From assembly GCA_038211855.1 (NCBI GenBank), contig JBBQVE010000007.1, forward strand, positions 53-64,052: a stretch of 64,000 bases of DNA, written 5' to 3'. Position 1 is the stretch's first letter; the number at the start of each line of letters is the position of its first letter. The notes beneath the pieces are model-generated. The model did not search any database, was not told where the DNA came from, and saw only the letters and a list, made by a program, of their open reading frames with translations. Of the stretch, positions 45,314-53,778 are shown piece by piece. The position numbers and the translations under genes are program-made. The stretch is from Candidatus Saccharimonadales bacterium (GTDB lineage Bacteria > Patescibacteriota > Saccharimonadia > Saccharimonadales > SZUA-47).

Positions 45314-45655
45314 TCATTCGTTGCCGCCAGCAGTAGAGCTGTAGGTACAGAGTCCATGGTACGGTTCGCACTCGGTGTGTTGCGGCAGCATGGCGACGAG
45401 GACCAGGACAATTTGAATAAGCGCAGAGACCGTGAATAATACTATGAACCGTCTACTACAAGATCCTTTGAGGCTCGTGCTAGCTCCGATAAACGTGAGA
45501 ACGAATCCCGCCATGAGAAGAATCCCGTTCCATGTTAAATCTCTGATGCTCGGAATAATGGGCGCAGCACCGAAACGGGTGCCGACCGCGATAACAGTCA
45601 CAGACACAACAAAAAGAAGAAGCAGAAGTCGAGATTTGCGGGTTGTTGTTGCCAT
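45314..45655 (-). CDS. Hypothetical small membrane protein
   Basis: Three predicted TM helices. Lies within the GC-rich island. Confidence 0.45.
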   Translation of the reverse strand: MATTTRKSRLLLLLFVVSVTVIAVGTRFGAAPIIPSIRDLTWNGILLMAGFVLTFIGASTSLKGSCSRRFIVLFTVSALIQIVLVLVAMLPQHTECEPYHGLCTYSSTAGGNE

Positions 45656-45715
45656 CGCTGAAATGATTGTCTCATGATTGGTAATCTATGTAACTCCCAT
45701 CCTGCTGCCTTATTA

Positions 45716-46106
45716 TCACGGACGTGGCCAGCCCCGGCGAAGCCGCATCTGAATCCCGGCACGAAGAAGTTCACGTCGAACAGTGCCGGCATCCACGTCA
45801 AACTTGGCACCCAGCGCAGCCAAGGAGTTCCCGGCCACGTAGAGCTGTGCTGCTTCACGAACGTCTACGTCGGTCATCCGTCGAGTATTGCGAGCTACAT
45901 GCGCCGGCCCGTTGCAGTTGTGCGATGACAGTGGTGCGGTTAATCTCATAGGTGTGAGTCAGCAGCATCACGCCGGACCCAGATTTGTAGTCCGCAACGA
46001 GCGAGGACACATTTGGCTCACCCAATCGGTGTTGTTTCTGCAGCTCACGAACAATGCGAGGCTGAGCCCGCTCACGACTGACCGGCCGTTTGAGGATTCG
46101 TGCCAC
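45716..46106 (-). pseudogene. Tandem helix-turn-helix protein gene, frameshifted
   Basis: Two overlapping frames each carry an HTH-like unit (…YEINRTTVIAQLQRAGA and …GAKFDVDAGTVRRELLRAGIQMR). The homology path switches frame near 45900. Confidence 0.45.
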
Positions 46107-46151
46107 GCTGGTGAAAGATTCGAGAGCTGGTGTGGTAGGTCCACCACAATA

Positions 46152-46177
46152 AAAAACCTATCCACGGATAGGTTTTT
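46152..46177. terminator. Bidirectional rho-independent terminator
   Basis: AAAAACCTATC-CACG-GATAGGTTTTT perfect 11-bp stem. Confidence 0.7.
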
Positions 46178-46949
46178 ATCTTTTAATAGACTTCAGCGTC
46201 GGAATCAGAACCGGTACTTCGTTTTTATATTTCTGATATGCCTTATCGCTTCCCCACTTCGTGATGGCAGATTTTTCGAGCAATGGAATGCCGCTTACGA
46301 AAAGTAATAAAACGATGATATAAAGTGGGCTGACGAGTGCATAGAGACGGTCCGAACCATGCAACGACGACACGACGTACAGATACACGCCGACCCACAC
46401 CATGATTTCGCCCAAGTAATTTGGGTGACGCGACCAACGCCACACGCCCGTATCAATCCATCTACCTTTATTTTTGGGTTGGTTATTAAACTTGAACTTT
46501 TGAGCATCGGCCATGGCCTCAATGAGTAGACCTGCCAAAAACACCACAAGTCCAAAAATGCTGAGCAATGTCAATGAGGTCACTGTCTGTTTCCAGACGT
46601 AGATTGCTGATAGTAAAACGATAAAGACGGTCACGCCCTGCAATATCCAAAACCGTAGAAAAGCAAAGAACTTCTCACGCATACCATCAAATCGGTGGTC
46701 GACTTTCATCTTATTTATACGCATAAAAAGGAAGCTACCGAGCCGAATCGCCCAGAGGTACACCATCAGAAACGTCACAAATTGTACCGTGGTTTTGGCA
46801 CTGTGGCTATAACCAACGACTCCCACGAACAAGAAGGTCAAGGCGTAGGATATATCTGTTAATTTATCTGTTTTCAATAGAAACGCTGGTACAAACATGA
46901 CGATGTTTATGACAAGCGAAGCGACGAGTGCCCAAAAGATTAAATTCAT
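46176..46949 (-). CDS. DUF1295 / steroid 5-alpha-reductase-like membrane protein
   Basis: Multi-TM protein with the WSRHPNYLGE motif. Confidence 0.7.
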   Translation of the reverse strand: MNLIFWALVASLVINIVMFVPAFLLKTDKLTDISYALTFLFVGVVGYSHSAKTTVQFVTFLMVYLWAIRLGSFLFMRINKMKVDHRFDGMREKFFAFLRFWILQGVTVFIVLLSAIYVWKQTVTSLTLLSIFGLVVFLAGLLIEAMADAQKFKFNNQPKNKGRWIDTGVWRWSRHPNYLGEIMVWVGVYLYVVSSLHGSDRLYALVSPLYIIVLLLFVSGIPLLEKSAITKWGSDKAYQKYKNEVPVLIPTLKSIKR

Positions 46950-46970
46950 ATCTTTAGTATAGCGCCAAAC

Positions 46971-46997
46971 AAAAAGATTACCGCACGGTAATCTTTT
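46971..46997. terminator. Rho-independent terminator
   Basis: AAAGATTACCG-CA-CGGTAATCTTT stem flanked by A and T runs, downstream of the ligA-rdgB operon. Confidence 0.65.
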
Positions 46998-47096
46998 GGC
47001 TTTTCGGGCGTGCCCACCCGGCTCTCGGGCTTTTTGTTTTGGATATGTTTATTTTGCGAGAGAGCCTGGAACGCCCGATCAACTGTTATTACACGC

Positions 47097-47645
47097 TTAT
47101 GCTTCAAGATTGTCAAGAAATTCTTTGACGGCCTGAAACGGCTTTATTTTTATGTACTCTCTTTTGAAGTCTTGTTCGTTCATTTCGCCTAATGTTTTAT
47201 TACTGCCTTCCGGAATAAAAATTTGATTCCAGCCGAAGCCCGAATCACCGCGCGGTGCTTGCGCGATTGTTCCATGCAGACCACCAGTAAATAACTTGAT
47301 GTTTTCACCGTCATAGTAAGCAAATGCGGCGGCGGCCGTTGCACTGCGGTCATCAGTCACGTCGGCGAGGCGACAGAGCTGTGTATCTTTGATTTCTCCT
47401 AAAAACCACTTGATGAACGTACCTGGTAGCTTGCCCATACTATGAAATATAAGTGAGCTATCTTCGACAATAACGGGTTGACCGATAGCAACATAAGCAG
47501 CCTTAGCTTTTTGGGTTACTACTTCTATTAAGTCAAGGCTTTGGATTTCAGGAGTATCGATTTTTTGATGTGGAATATCCATGCCTACAAGCTCAGAAAA
47601 ATATCTAGCCTTATGGGCATTCCCCGTCACATAGACGACGCTCAT
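47097..47645 (-). CDS. Non-canonical purine NTP pyrophosphatase (RdgB/HAM1 family)
   Basis: VVYVTGNAHKARYF...FGWNQIFIP. ATGA overlap with ligA. Confidence 0.8.
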   Translation of the reverse strand: MSVVYVTGNAHKARYFSELVGMDIPHQKIDTPEIQSLDLIEVVTQKAKAAYVAIGQPVIVEDSSLIFHSMGKLPGTFIKWFLGEIKDTQLCRLADVTDDRSATAAAAFAYYDGENIKLFTGGLHGTIAQAPRGDSGFGWNQIFIPEGSNKTLGEMNEQDFKREYIKIKPFQAVKEFLDNLEA

Positions 47646-49660
47646 GCGATCATCTCCATTAACTTATCTTCATCCATTATTTTGGTGCTGAGTTTTTCGG
47701 CTTTAGCGACTTTACTGCCCGGCTTACCGGAACCAACCACAAGATAGGTCGTGTCTCTGCCTAGACTGCTCTGAAATGTGCCGCCAAGAGCGCGGATTTT
47801 TTCGGCAGCGATATCTCGACCCATCGTTACAAGCGTACCTGTAATCACAAAACTCATGCCACTGAGCGGCCCACCAATATGCTCGACATCTTGCGGCCAG
47901 ACCCCTAGTGAACGGAATTTGGCGAGAAGCTGCTGGTTATAGTCTTCATCGAACCACAATACGACCGAGTCAGCCACAATATCGCCTACACCGTCAACCG
48001 CTCGTAAATCTTCGAGTGTAGCGGTGCCAAGTGTGTCCAGGCGTCTAAATTTCGTTGCTAGATCAATGGCCGTTTGCGTGCCAACGTGACGGATACCAAG
48101 CGCGTAAATAAAGCGGGCCAGTGGTGGATTCTTTTTGTCAGCAATGGCATCTACGAGTTTCGAGGCAGAGATTTCCGCGAAGCGATCAAGTTCCAACAAC
48201 TTTACTTTTGTGATCATATAGAGGTCAGCGAAGTCTTTGACGAGGCCAGCATCAACCAGCGCCACGACGTTCTTTTCGCCAAGTGAATCGATGTCCAGTG
48301 CACCTTTACTAGCAAAATGCTCAAGGCTTCGTTTGAGCATGAGCGGACCACTTGAGCCCTTCACACGGTAGACGACTTCGCCTTCGGCACGCTCAAATTC
48401 CAGTTCCGGGAACTGTCGCGCCAACTCTTTAAAATAAATAAAGGTCTTGGCATTTTTTGGGCGAAGTTCCGGCAAAACGCGCAAGACTTGCGGAATAATA
48501 TCACCAGCTTTATATATGACGACCGTGTCGCCGATCCGGATGTCTTTACGAGCAATTTCATCAGCATTGTGAAGCGAAGCGTGTTGCACTTTCGTACCAG
48601 CTACGACAACGGGATTAAAGAGAGCAACGGGAGTCGCCGCGCCCGTTCGACCGATGTTAATTACGATATCTTTGACAATTGTGGTGGCTTCTTCAGCAGC
48701 ATATTTATAAGCGACGGCGCCACGCGGTGTCTTGCCAACTGTGCCGAGTTCGGCATAGATTTTTCGGTTGTTCAGTTTGATCACCAGTCCATCAGTATTA
48801 AAACGTAGCGTCTTGCGCTTTGTGTCCCATTCATCGGTATAGTGAATCACTTCATCAATTGAATCAAAAACTTTTGCCTCTTTGTTAGCGGTGACACCCA
48901 GTGAGCGCATAATCGCATATGCCTCACCATACGACGGCACATCTCTCGGCTCGTCTCGAATCATGTCGTAGGCGTGAAAATGCAGCGGGCGCTCGGCGAC
49001 AAGCTTTGGATCGAGCTGACGAATAGTACCGGCCGCTAGGTTACGCGGGTTCATAAATGCCGGCTTCTGCTCGGCGACACGCTGCTTGTTTAAGCGATCA
49101 AAATCATCTTTGTACATAACGATCTCGCCGCGGATTTCAGTACGACCCCGTAAAAACTTCTCGTACCCTTTTGTGCTACGCAACTGTAATGGAACATTTT
49201 CAATCGTCCGCACATTCATGGTCACATCCTCACCGACCCGGCCATCGCCGCGGGTCACCGCTACACGTAAATCGCCGTCTTCATAGATGAGAGAACAAGC
49301 CAAGCCGTCCATCTTGACGTCACAAAAATACTGATGCGTGCGACCCGGGGCAAGCTTCTCGGTGCGTCTAATCCAAGCTTCGACCTCTTGGCGGTCAAAT
49401 ACATCGTTCAGTGAGATCATCGGATATTTGTGGGCGACTTTTACGAATTTATCGAGGGCCACACCGGCCACGCGCTGGGTCGGCGAATCAGCCGTCACAA
49501 GGTCTGGGTACAGCGCTTCAAGCTGAGATAGCTCATGCTTCAAGCTGTCGGCAGCAGCCTCGCTCATAATTGACTCGTCTAGCACATGGTAATGGTAGCG
49601 ATAGTCATTTATGAGCACGCGCAGCTTTGCAACCCGCTCGGTTGCCTCCGCCTGGGTCAT
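47642..49660 (-). CDS. ligA: NAD-dependent DNA ligase
   Basis: Adenylation motif CDVKMDGLA, OB fold, HhH and C-terminal BRCT regions. Confidence 0.97.
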   Translation of the reverse strand: MTQAEATERVAKLRVLINDYRYHYHVLDESIMSEAAADSLKHELSQLEALYPDLVTADSPTQRVAGVALDKFVKVAHKYPMISLNDVFDRQEVEAWIRRTEKLAPGRTHQYFCDVKMDGLACSLIYEDGDLRVAVTRGDGRVGEDVTMNVRTIENVPLQLRSTKGYEKFLRGRTEIRGEIVMYKDDFDRLNKQRVAEQKPAFMNPRNLAAGTIRQLDPKLVAERPLHFHAYDMIRDEPRDVPSYGEAYAIMRSLGVTANKEAKVFDSIDEVIHYTDEWDTKRKTLRFNTDGLVIKLNNRKIYAELGTVGKTPRGAVAYKYAAEEATTIVKDIVINIGRTGAATPVALFNPVVVAGTKVQHASLHNADEIARKDIRIGDTVVIYKAGDIIPQVLRVLPELRPKNAKTFIYFKELARQFPELEFERAEGEVVYRVKGSSGPLMLKRSLEHFASKGALDIDSLGEKNVVALVDAGLVKDFADLYMITKVKLLELDRFAEISASKLVDAIADKKNPPLARFIYALGIRHVGTQTAIDLATKFRRLDTLGTATLEDLRAVDGVGDIVADSVVLWFDEDYNQQLLAKFRSLGVWPQDVEHIGGPLSGMSFVITGTLVTMGRDIAAEKIRALGGTFQSSLGRDTTYLVVGSGKPGSKVAKAEKLSTKIMDEDKLMEMIA

Positions 49661-50655
49661 AGCAGCTCTCTATATATTGTAAAGAGATAGGCATGCAGGA
49701 ATGTCAGGCTCAGGAGCGTCAAGATGAAATACAGCCACGGAGCTACCGCTCCTAAAAAGTAAATTGCCGGTACGACCAGAAGTATCAGTACGAAGAAAAC
49801 TAAGAGGGGTAAAACCATTATCTTGCGTAGGATATTCAAGCGACGGGAAAGGACGAGTCCGCGGGCCGTTCGGAGGGCTTTCATCGGCGTCATCTCGGGC
49901 AACGTCACGACATACAGACCAAAGAGCGACGAACAAATCATATACGCCGACAATATGACGAGAGCCATGAAAAAAGAGAACCATAAAGCCTTCTCAAAAG
50001 CCGATACCGCCAATCCCGCACTCGATACGGTCCTATAAATGGCACCACCGATGACTGCTGGCAGCAACTGGATCGACATAACCAGTAGAACTAGCAAAAA
50101 AGGTATAAGCGGATACATCCCCCGAAAGAGTGCCATCTTGGCGGTCGGTTTGTTACCTGCTGCGTATTGCCGAAATATCCATATAAGCGACATGCTCATA
50201 ACAATCAGAAGTAGGGTTTGATAAACACCACTCGTGTCTGAAGAATTGTTCGAATTAGTACCGAGTAGCAAACCAAAGACTGTCGTTGTTGAAGCAGCCT
50301 TATTCCCTGTCTTGCCAAAAAAGCCGCTCAAAGTATTCTTTACCTCAGCAACATTGATAGGGGTCGTGAAATTCCGCACTAATACTAGGCTGAGAACCGT
50401 ATAAACAATGAATAGTGCCAAGAGCGGCTTTTTGTTTCCCCACAGTAAGCGACGGGTTTTGCCTAGAAGGCGCCAGGCGCTCGGAAGTGGCCCAGCAGGA
50501 TGCGGTATACGACGTTGTAGACGAAATGACTTATACTTGTTAAGCTTGCGCTTGCGCAACTTGGGTTCAGCCACTGGTATGACATCTTTACTGGTCCGCG
50601 CAGAGGATTTTGCCGTCTTTTTGAAAGGTGTCGTCCTAGCGTTTTCCTTTGTCAT
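49657..50655 (-). CDS. Hypothetical polytopic membrane protein
   Basis: Basic N-terminus and at least five TM helices. Overlaps ligA by 4 nt. Confidence 0.6.
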   Translation of the reverse strand: MTKENARTTPFKKTAKSSARTSKDVIPVAEPKLRKRKLNKYKSFRLQRRIPHPAGPLPSAWRLLGKTRRLLWGNKKPLLALFIVYTVLSLVLVRNFTTPINVAEVKNTLSGFFGKTGNKAASTTTVFGLLLGTNSNNSSDTSGVYQTLLLIVMSMSLIWIFRQYAAGNKPTAKMALFRGMYPLIPFLLVLLVMSIQLLPAVIGGAIYRTVSSAGLAVSAFEKALWFSFFMALVILSAYMICSSLFGLYVVTLPEMTPMKALRTARGLVLSRRLNILRKIMVLPLLVFFVLILLVVPAIYFLGAVAPWLYFILTLLSLTFLHAYLFTIYRELL

Positions 50656-50656
50656 T

Positions 50657-51544
50657 TTATTCTAAACCAATCATACCGCGCAGGATCTTAATTCGTTCAT
50701 CGATTGGTGGATGTGTACTGAGTATGTTGCTGAAAGCGCCACTCTTAAGGGGATTGGCGATGAAAAAATGCGCCGTACTAGAATTCTGTTTTTGCATGAC
50801 TGAGCCATTATCACGAATTTTTTCGAGGGCACTGGCCAGGCCCTCTGGGTAACGGGTGGTGAGCGCACCTGTCGCATCTGCCAAGTATTCACGTTTGCGC
50901 GAGATGGCCAGCTGCATAAAGGTTGCCACGATTGGCGCTAAAATCAAGGCCACAATCGCCAATACGGCCAGAATACTGCCACCTTCGCCATCGTTGTTGT
51001 TGCGACGACCGCCACCAAAAAAGCTGATCCGCAGAAAGATATCACAGATGAGTGAGACAACGCCGACCAGCGCAAAGGCCAACATACTGACGCGGATATC
51101 ATAGTTTTTGACGTGGCCAAGCTCGTGTGACATCACGCCTTGAATCTCTGTGTCACCAAGGACGTTCAAGAGGCCCGTCGTTATAGCAACACTAGCGTGG
51201 GCTGGATCACGGCCGGTCGAAAAGGCATTTAACGCGGGGTCGTCCATAATGTAGACGCGCGGCATCGGCAAACCATCTGTTATGGCGAGGTTTTCAACGA
51301 TGCGCCATAGGCGAGGATTGTCGCTCTTGTGAATTTCCTGTGCGCCGTTAATGCTGAGCGCAGCACTTGATGACGCAAAAAAGCCCCACAACGAATAACC
51401 GACCGCAAAAACGGCCGTCAACACCAGAATAGCGTTGTCGTGATACACCCGGGACAATAGATAGCCCAAAACTCCAACTAACAGAAAGAAGCCGAACATC
51501 AGTCCGACTGTCTTTCGCTTGTTACCTGCTATCTGATCGTACAT
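50657..51544 (-). CDS. htpX: Zinc metalloprotease HtpX (M48)
   Basis: HELGHV motif and four TM helices. Confidence 0.9.
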   Translation of the reverse strand: MYDQIAGNKRKTVGLMFGFFLLVGVLGYLLSRVYHDNAILVLTAVFAVGYSLWGFFASSSAALSINGAQEIHKSDNPRLWRIVENLAITDGLPMPRVYIMDDPALNAFSTGRDPAHASVAITTGLLNVLGDTEIQGVMSHELGHVKNYDIRVSMLAFALVGVVSLICDIFLRISFFGGGRRNNNDGEGGSILAVLAIVALILAPIVATFMQLAISRKREYLADATGALTTRYPEGLASALEKIRDNGSVMQKQNSSTAHFFIANPLKSGAFSNILSTHPPIDERIKILRGMIGLE

Positions 51545-51550
51545 TTTGTC

Positions 51551-52108
51551 CTAGAATTTGACTGCGACAGGATTCTGAACGGCTGCAGCTTCTGCATCGT
51601 CGAGCTGGTAGAATTCGCGAGCCTGGAAACCGAGCATCTTTGCGAAAACTACGGTTGGGAATGTGCTAATCTTGGTGTTCAAATCACGTACAGCGCCATT
51701 GTAGAAGCGGCGTGAAGCCTGAATCTTATCTTCGGTGTCGACGAGTTCGGCTTGAAGATCTTGGAAGTTCTGGTTGGCTTTTAGGTCAGGATACGCTTCG
51801 GAAACAGCAAAGATGCTCTTAAGAGCACCTTCCATCATATTCTCGGCTTTGGCAGTATCCTTGACACCTTGGGCACCAAGAATGGCACTGCGAGCCTCTG
51901 TCACCTTTTCAAAAACGCCGGATTCGTGTGCGGCATAACCCTTGACTGTTTCGACGAGGTTCGGGATGAGGTCGGCGCGGCGCTTCAACTGAACGGTGAT
52001 GTCGCTCCAGGCTTCATCAACGCGCACTTTGGTGCGTACAAGGCCATTATAAATAGCAACAAGAACGATGACGAGGATTCCGACAATGACCAATAAAACG
52101 ATTAACAT
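51551..52108 (-). CDS. lemA: LemA family protein
   Basis: Start chosen at MLIVLLVIVGILV, which has a GGAGG Shine-Dalgarno sequence. YNGLVRTKVRVDEAWSDI is typical of LemA. Confidence 0.9.
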   Translation of the reverse strand: MLIVLLVIVGILVIVLVAIYNGLVRTKVRVDEAWSDITVQLKRRADLIPNLVETVKGYAAHESGVFEKVTEARSAILGAQGVKDTAKAENMMEGALKSIFAVSEAYPDLKANQNFQDLQAELVDTEDKIQASRRFYNGAVRDLNTKISTFPTVVFAKMLGFQAREFYQLDDAEAAAVQNPVAVKF

Positions 52109-52185
52109 GATAACCTCCGAGTTATGCTTACAGTATAGCACTTTGAGTCTGATTTCTTACTGGCAAGTTTTATGTATAAAAAGTA

Positions 52186-52213
52186 AAAAGACGAGCTATT
52201 GACTCGTCTTTTT
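52186..52213. terminator. Rho-independent terminator downstream of tRNA-Leu(GAG)
   Basis: AAAAGACGAG-CTATTGA-CTCGTCTTTT perfect 10-bp stem. Confidence 0.7.
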
Positions 52214-52217
52214 ATTA

Positions 52218-52301
52218 TGGTGCGCGGAAGAGGACTTGAACCTCCACACCTTGCGGCACTTGCCCCTCAGACAAGCGTGTCTACCATTCCACCATCCGCG
52301 C
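52218..52301 (-). tRNA. tRNA-Leu (anticodon GAG), long variable arm, CCA encoded
   Basis: The reverse complement folds as follows: acceptor GCGCGGA/TCCGCGC, anticodon loop CTGAGGG, variable arm, T-arm GGAGG-TTCAAGT-CCTCT. Confidence 0.9.
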
Positions 52302-52349
52302 GTGTAGGTGTTATTCTAGCATTTTTACGTTGGAATTTCTAGCGGTTAG

Positions 52350-53006
52350 TTAGTAGCTACGAAAAATAGCACGCGACCAGCCTGTAAGTTTATAAAAAAG
52401 ATTTGTATCCAGAACATATATATCAAATACCCCATAAGGGAGTGAATTCTTATATGGATGAGGCAATGGCGTGACTCGTTTGTACGATTTAAAAAACTGC
52501 CTTGCCCTAATCGAGCTTACTCGCGCCCAATACTCTTGAGCCGCCTGCTCATCTAGATGATCATGAATATGAATGTGACCTCTGAATTTTTCCTCTGGTA
52601 CGTTACATACTCTACGAAAGAAAGCCATCATGATTCTTATCATTTCTGGGTCTCCATTACTAAAACGGACTAATCGTCTTGTTTTACCTCCTTCAGCCTG
52701 ATATAACATTACCCCTATAAGATGGAGCTCTTTTAGGCTTATTTTACCTATATCTTCGCCAGCGTTATTAATGACGAGATTACGTTTAACTAGCTCGTTC
52801 TTGAGCCTACTTGTTCTCCTTCTTTCGACTGTTTGTAATGAATAAGTGTTCTCTTTCAATTTTAATTGCAGTTCTTCGCTAATCTCTACATCCCTTACCC
52901 ATGTACTGACACTGGATTTAGCAACGCGAAGTATACTTGCGATCTCACCAATTGATTTACCCTCAGCCCTTAGTAGAATAGCTTTTTGATGTTCAGAAAT
53001 TTTCAT
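52350..53006 (-). CDS. HTH-domain protein with a LAGLIDADG-like endonuclease-type domain
   Basis: N-terminal HTH (ILLRAEGKSIGEIASILRVAKSSVSTWV). The central LIGVMLYQAEGGK...RFSNGDPEMIRIMMAFF resembles single-motif LAGLIDADG proteins. Confidence 0.45.
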   Translation of the reverse strand: MKISEHQKAILLRAEGKSIGEIASILRVAKSSVSTWVRDVEISEELQLKLKENTYSLQTVERRRTSRLKNELVKRNLVINNAGEDIGKISLKELHLIGVMLYQAEGGKTRRLVRFSNGDPEMIRIMMAFFRRVCNVPEEKFRGHIHIHDHLDEQAAQEYWARVSSIRARQFFKSYKRVTPLPHPYKNSLPYGVFDIYVLDTNLFYKLTGWSRAIFRSY

Positions 53007-53111
53007 TAAGCCTCCATTGATACTGTTTTGTCGAATACATCTCCTGAGTACATTTTATCATTTAACACTTGTAATTTTCCAATTTTCCAAGTAAAATCTT
53101 ACGGTATCTTA

Positions 53112-53188
53112 GGGCGCTTAGCTCAGTTGGCTAGAGCATCTGCTTTACACGCAGAGGGTCGGGGGTTCGAGCCCCTCAGCGCCCACCA
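53112..53188 (+). tRNA. tRNA-Val (anticodon TAC), CCA encoded
   Basis: Acceptor GGGCGCT/AGCGCCC, anticodon stem TCTGC/GCAGA with loop TTTACAC, T-loop TTCGAGC. Confidence 0.9.
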
Positions 53189-53201
53189 TGTAGTTCACTC
53201 T

Positions 53202-53236
53202 CAAACCCCCGCGACATACGTTGTCATGGGGGTTTG
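53202..53236 (+). terminator. Hairpin downstream of tRNA-Val (terminator-like)
   Basis: CAAACCCCC...GGGGGTTTG outer stem with inner GACA/TGTC pairs. The T-run is weak. Confidence 0.4.
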
Positions 53237-53469
53237 TCCATTCCGACCCATAAGTAAAGTTCGCGTAGATCCCCGATGTAATCTACTATGAATTCAGTGG
53301 GATACTAGTCGAGTTTAGGAAGCTCGCGAAGCGACTGCAATGTATCGCTCGACACGTACTAAATCAAATCACCTTCAGCATCAAATGCGCAATGGCTTAT
53401 GTCTTGGGTATGGCACTTCGACTATACCCCGTCACGTTGTAGGCCGTGCTTCGACATGCGATCAGTTTT

Positions 53470-53772
53470 TTATCTGCGAGACTTCTTTTTGCGTCGCAAC
53501 GGCGTATAGAGATTCTTTAAGAGTTCGCGGCGCTGACCGTATGAACTGATTCCCCGAAAGGCAACAATCGCCCAAACAACATTGATAACCATACTGACAT
53601 ACGCGTGCAGATGCGCTTGATAAATCAACAGCATCAGAGCACCAATCAAGTTATCAAGCTCATACCAAAACGATTTAGAAGACCACCGCCCGATGCTCGT
53701 GCGGTAAAAGCCAGTCAAAATTAAAATTGCGCCTATACCACCCGTGATTTGAAAGATGATCGCTGTTGACAT
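53470..53772 (-). CDS. Small three-helix membrane protein, unknown function
   Basis: Hydrophobic 100-aa ORF with a basic C-terminus. Confidence 0.5.
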   Translation of the reverse strand: MSTAIIFQITGGIGAILILTGFYRTSIGRWSSKSFWYELDNLIGALMLLIYQAHLHAYVSMVINVVWAIVAFRGISSYGQRRELLKNLYTPLRRKKKSRR

Positions 53773-53778
53773 ATAAGA

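Larger units (their letters stand above)
42795..46150. mobile_element. High-GC genomic island inserted directly 3' of tRNA-Ala (integrase not present)
   Basis: Sampled lines count 58-63% GC, against about 37-52% in flanking lines. The island starts at the tRNA 3' end. A TCCACCA core shared with the tRNA 3' end recurs at 46140-46146, where GC drops. Confidence 0.55.

Noticed and set aside
47010-47192. Small plus-strand ORFs in terminator or antisense regions (47010-47192, 5664-5852, 63725-63940 and similar)
   Set aside because: They overlap terminator hairpins or the 3' ends of well-supported genes on the other strand, and they have no motifs or plausible translation signals. 5306-5572 (TTG start, hydrophobic) is left uncalled as a possible membrane-protein remnant.
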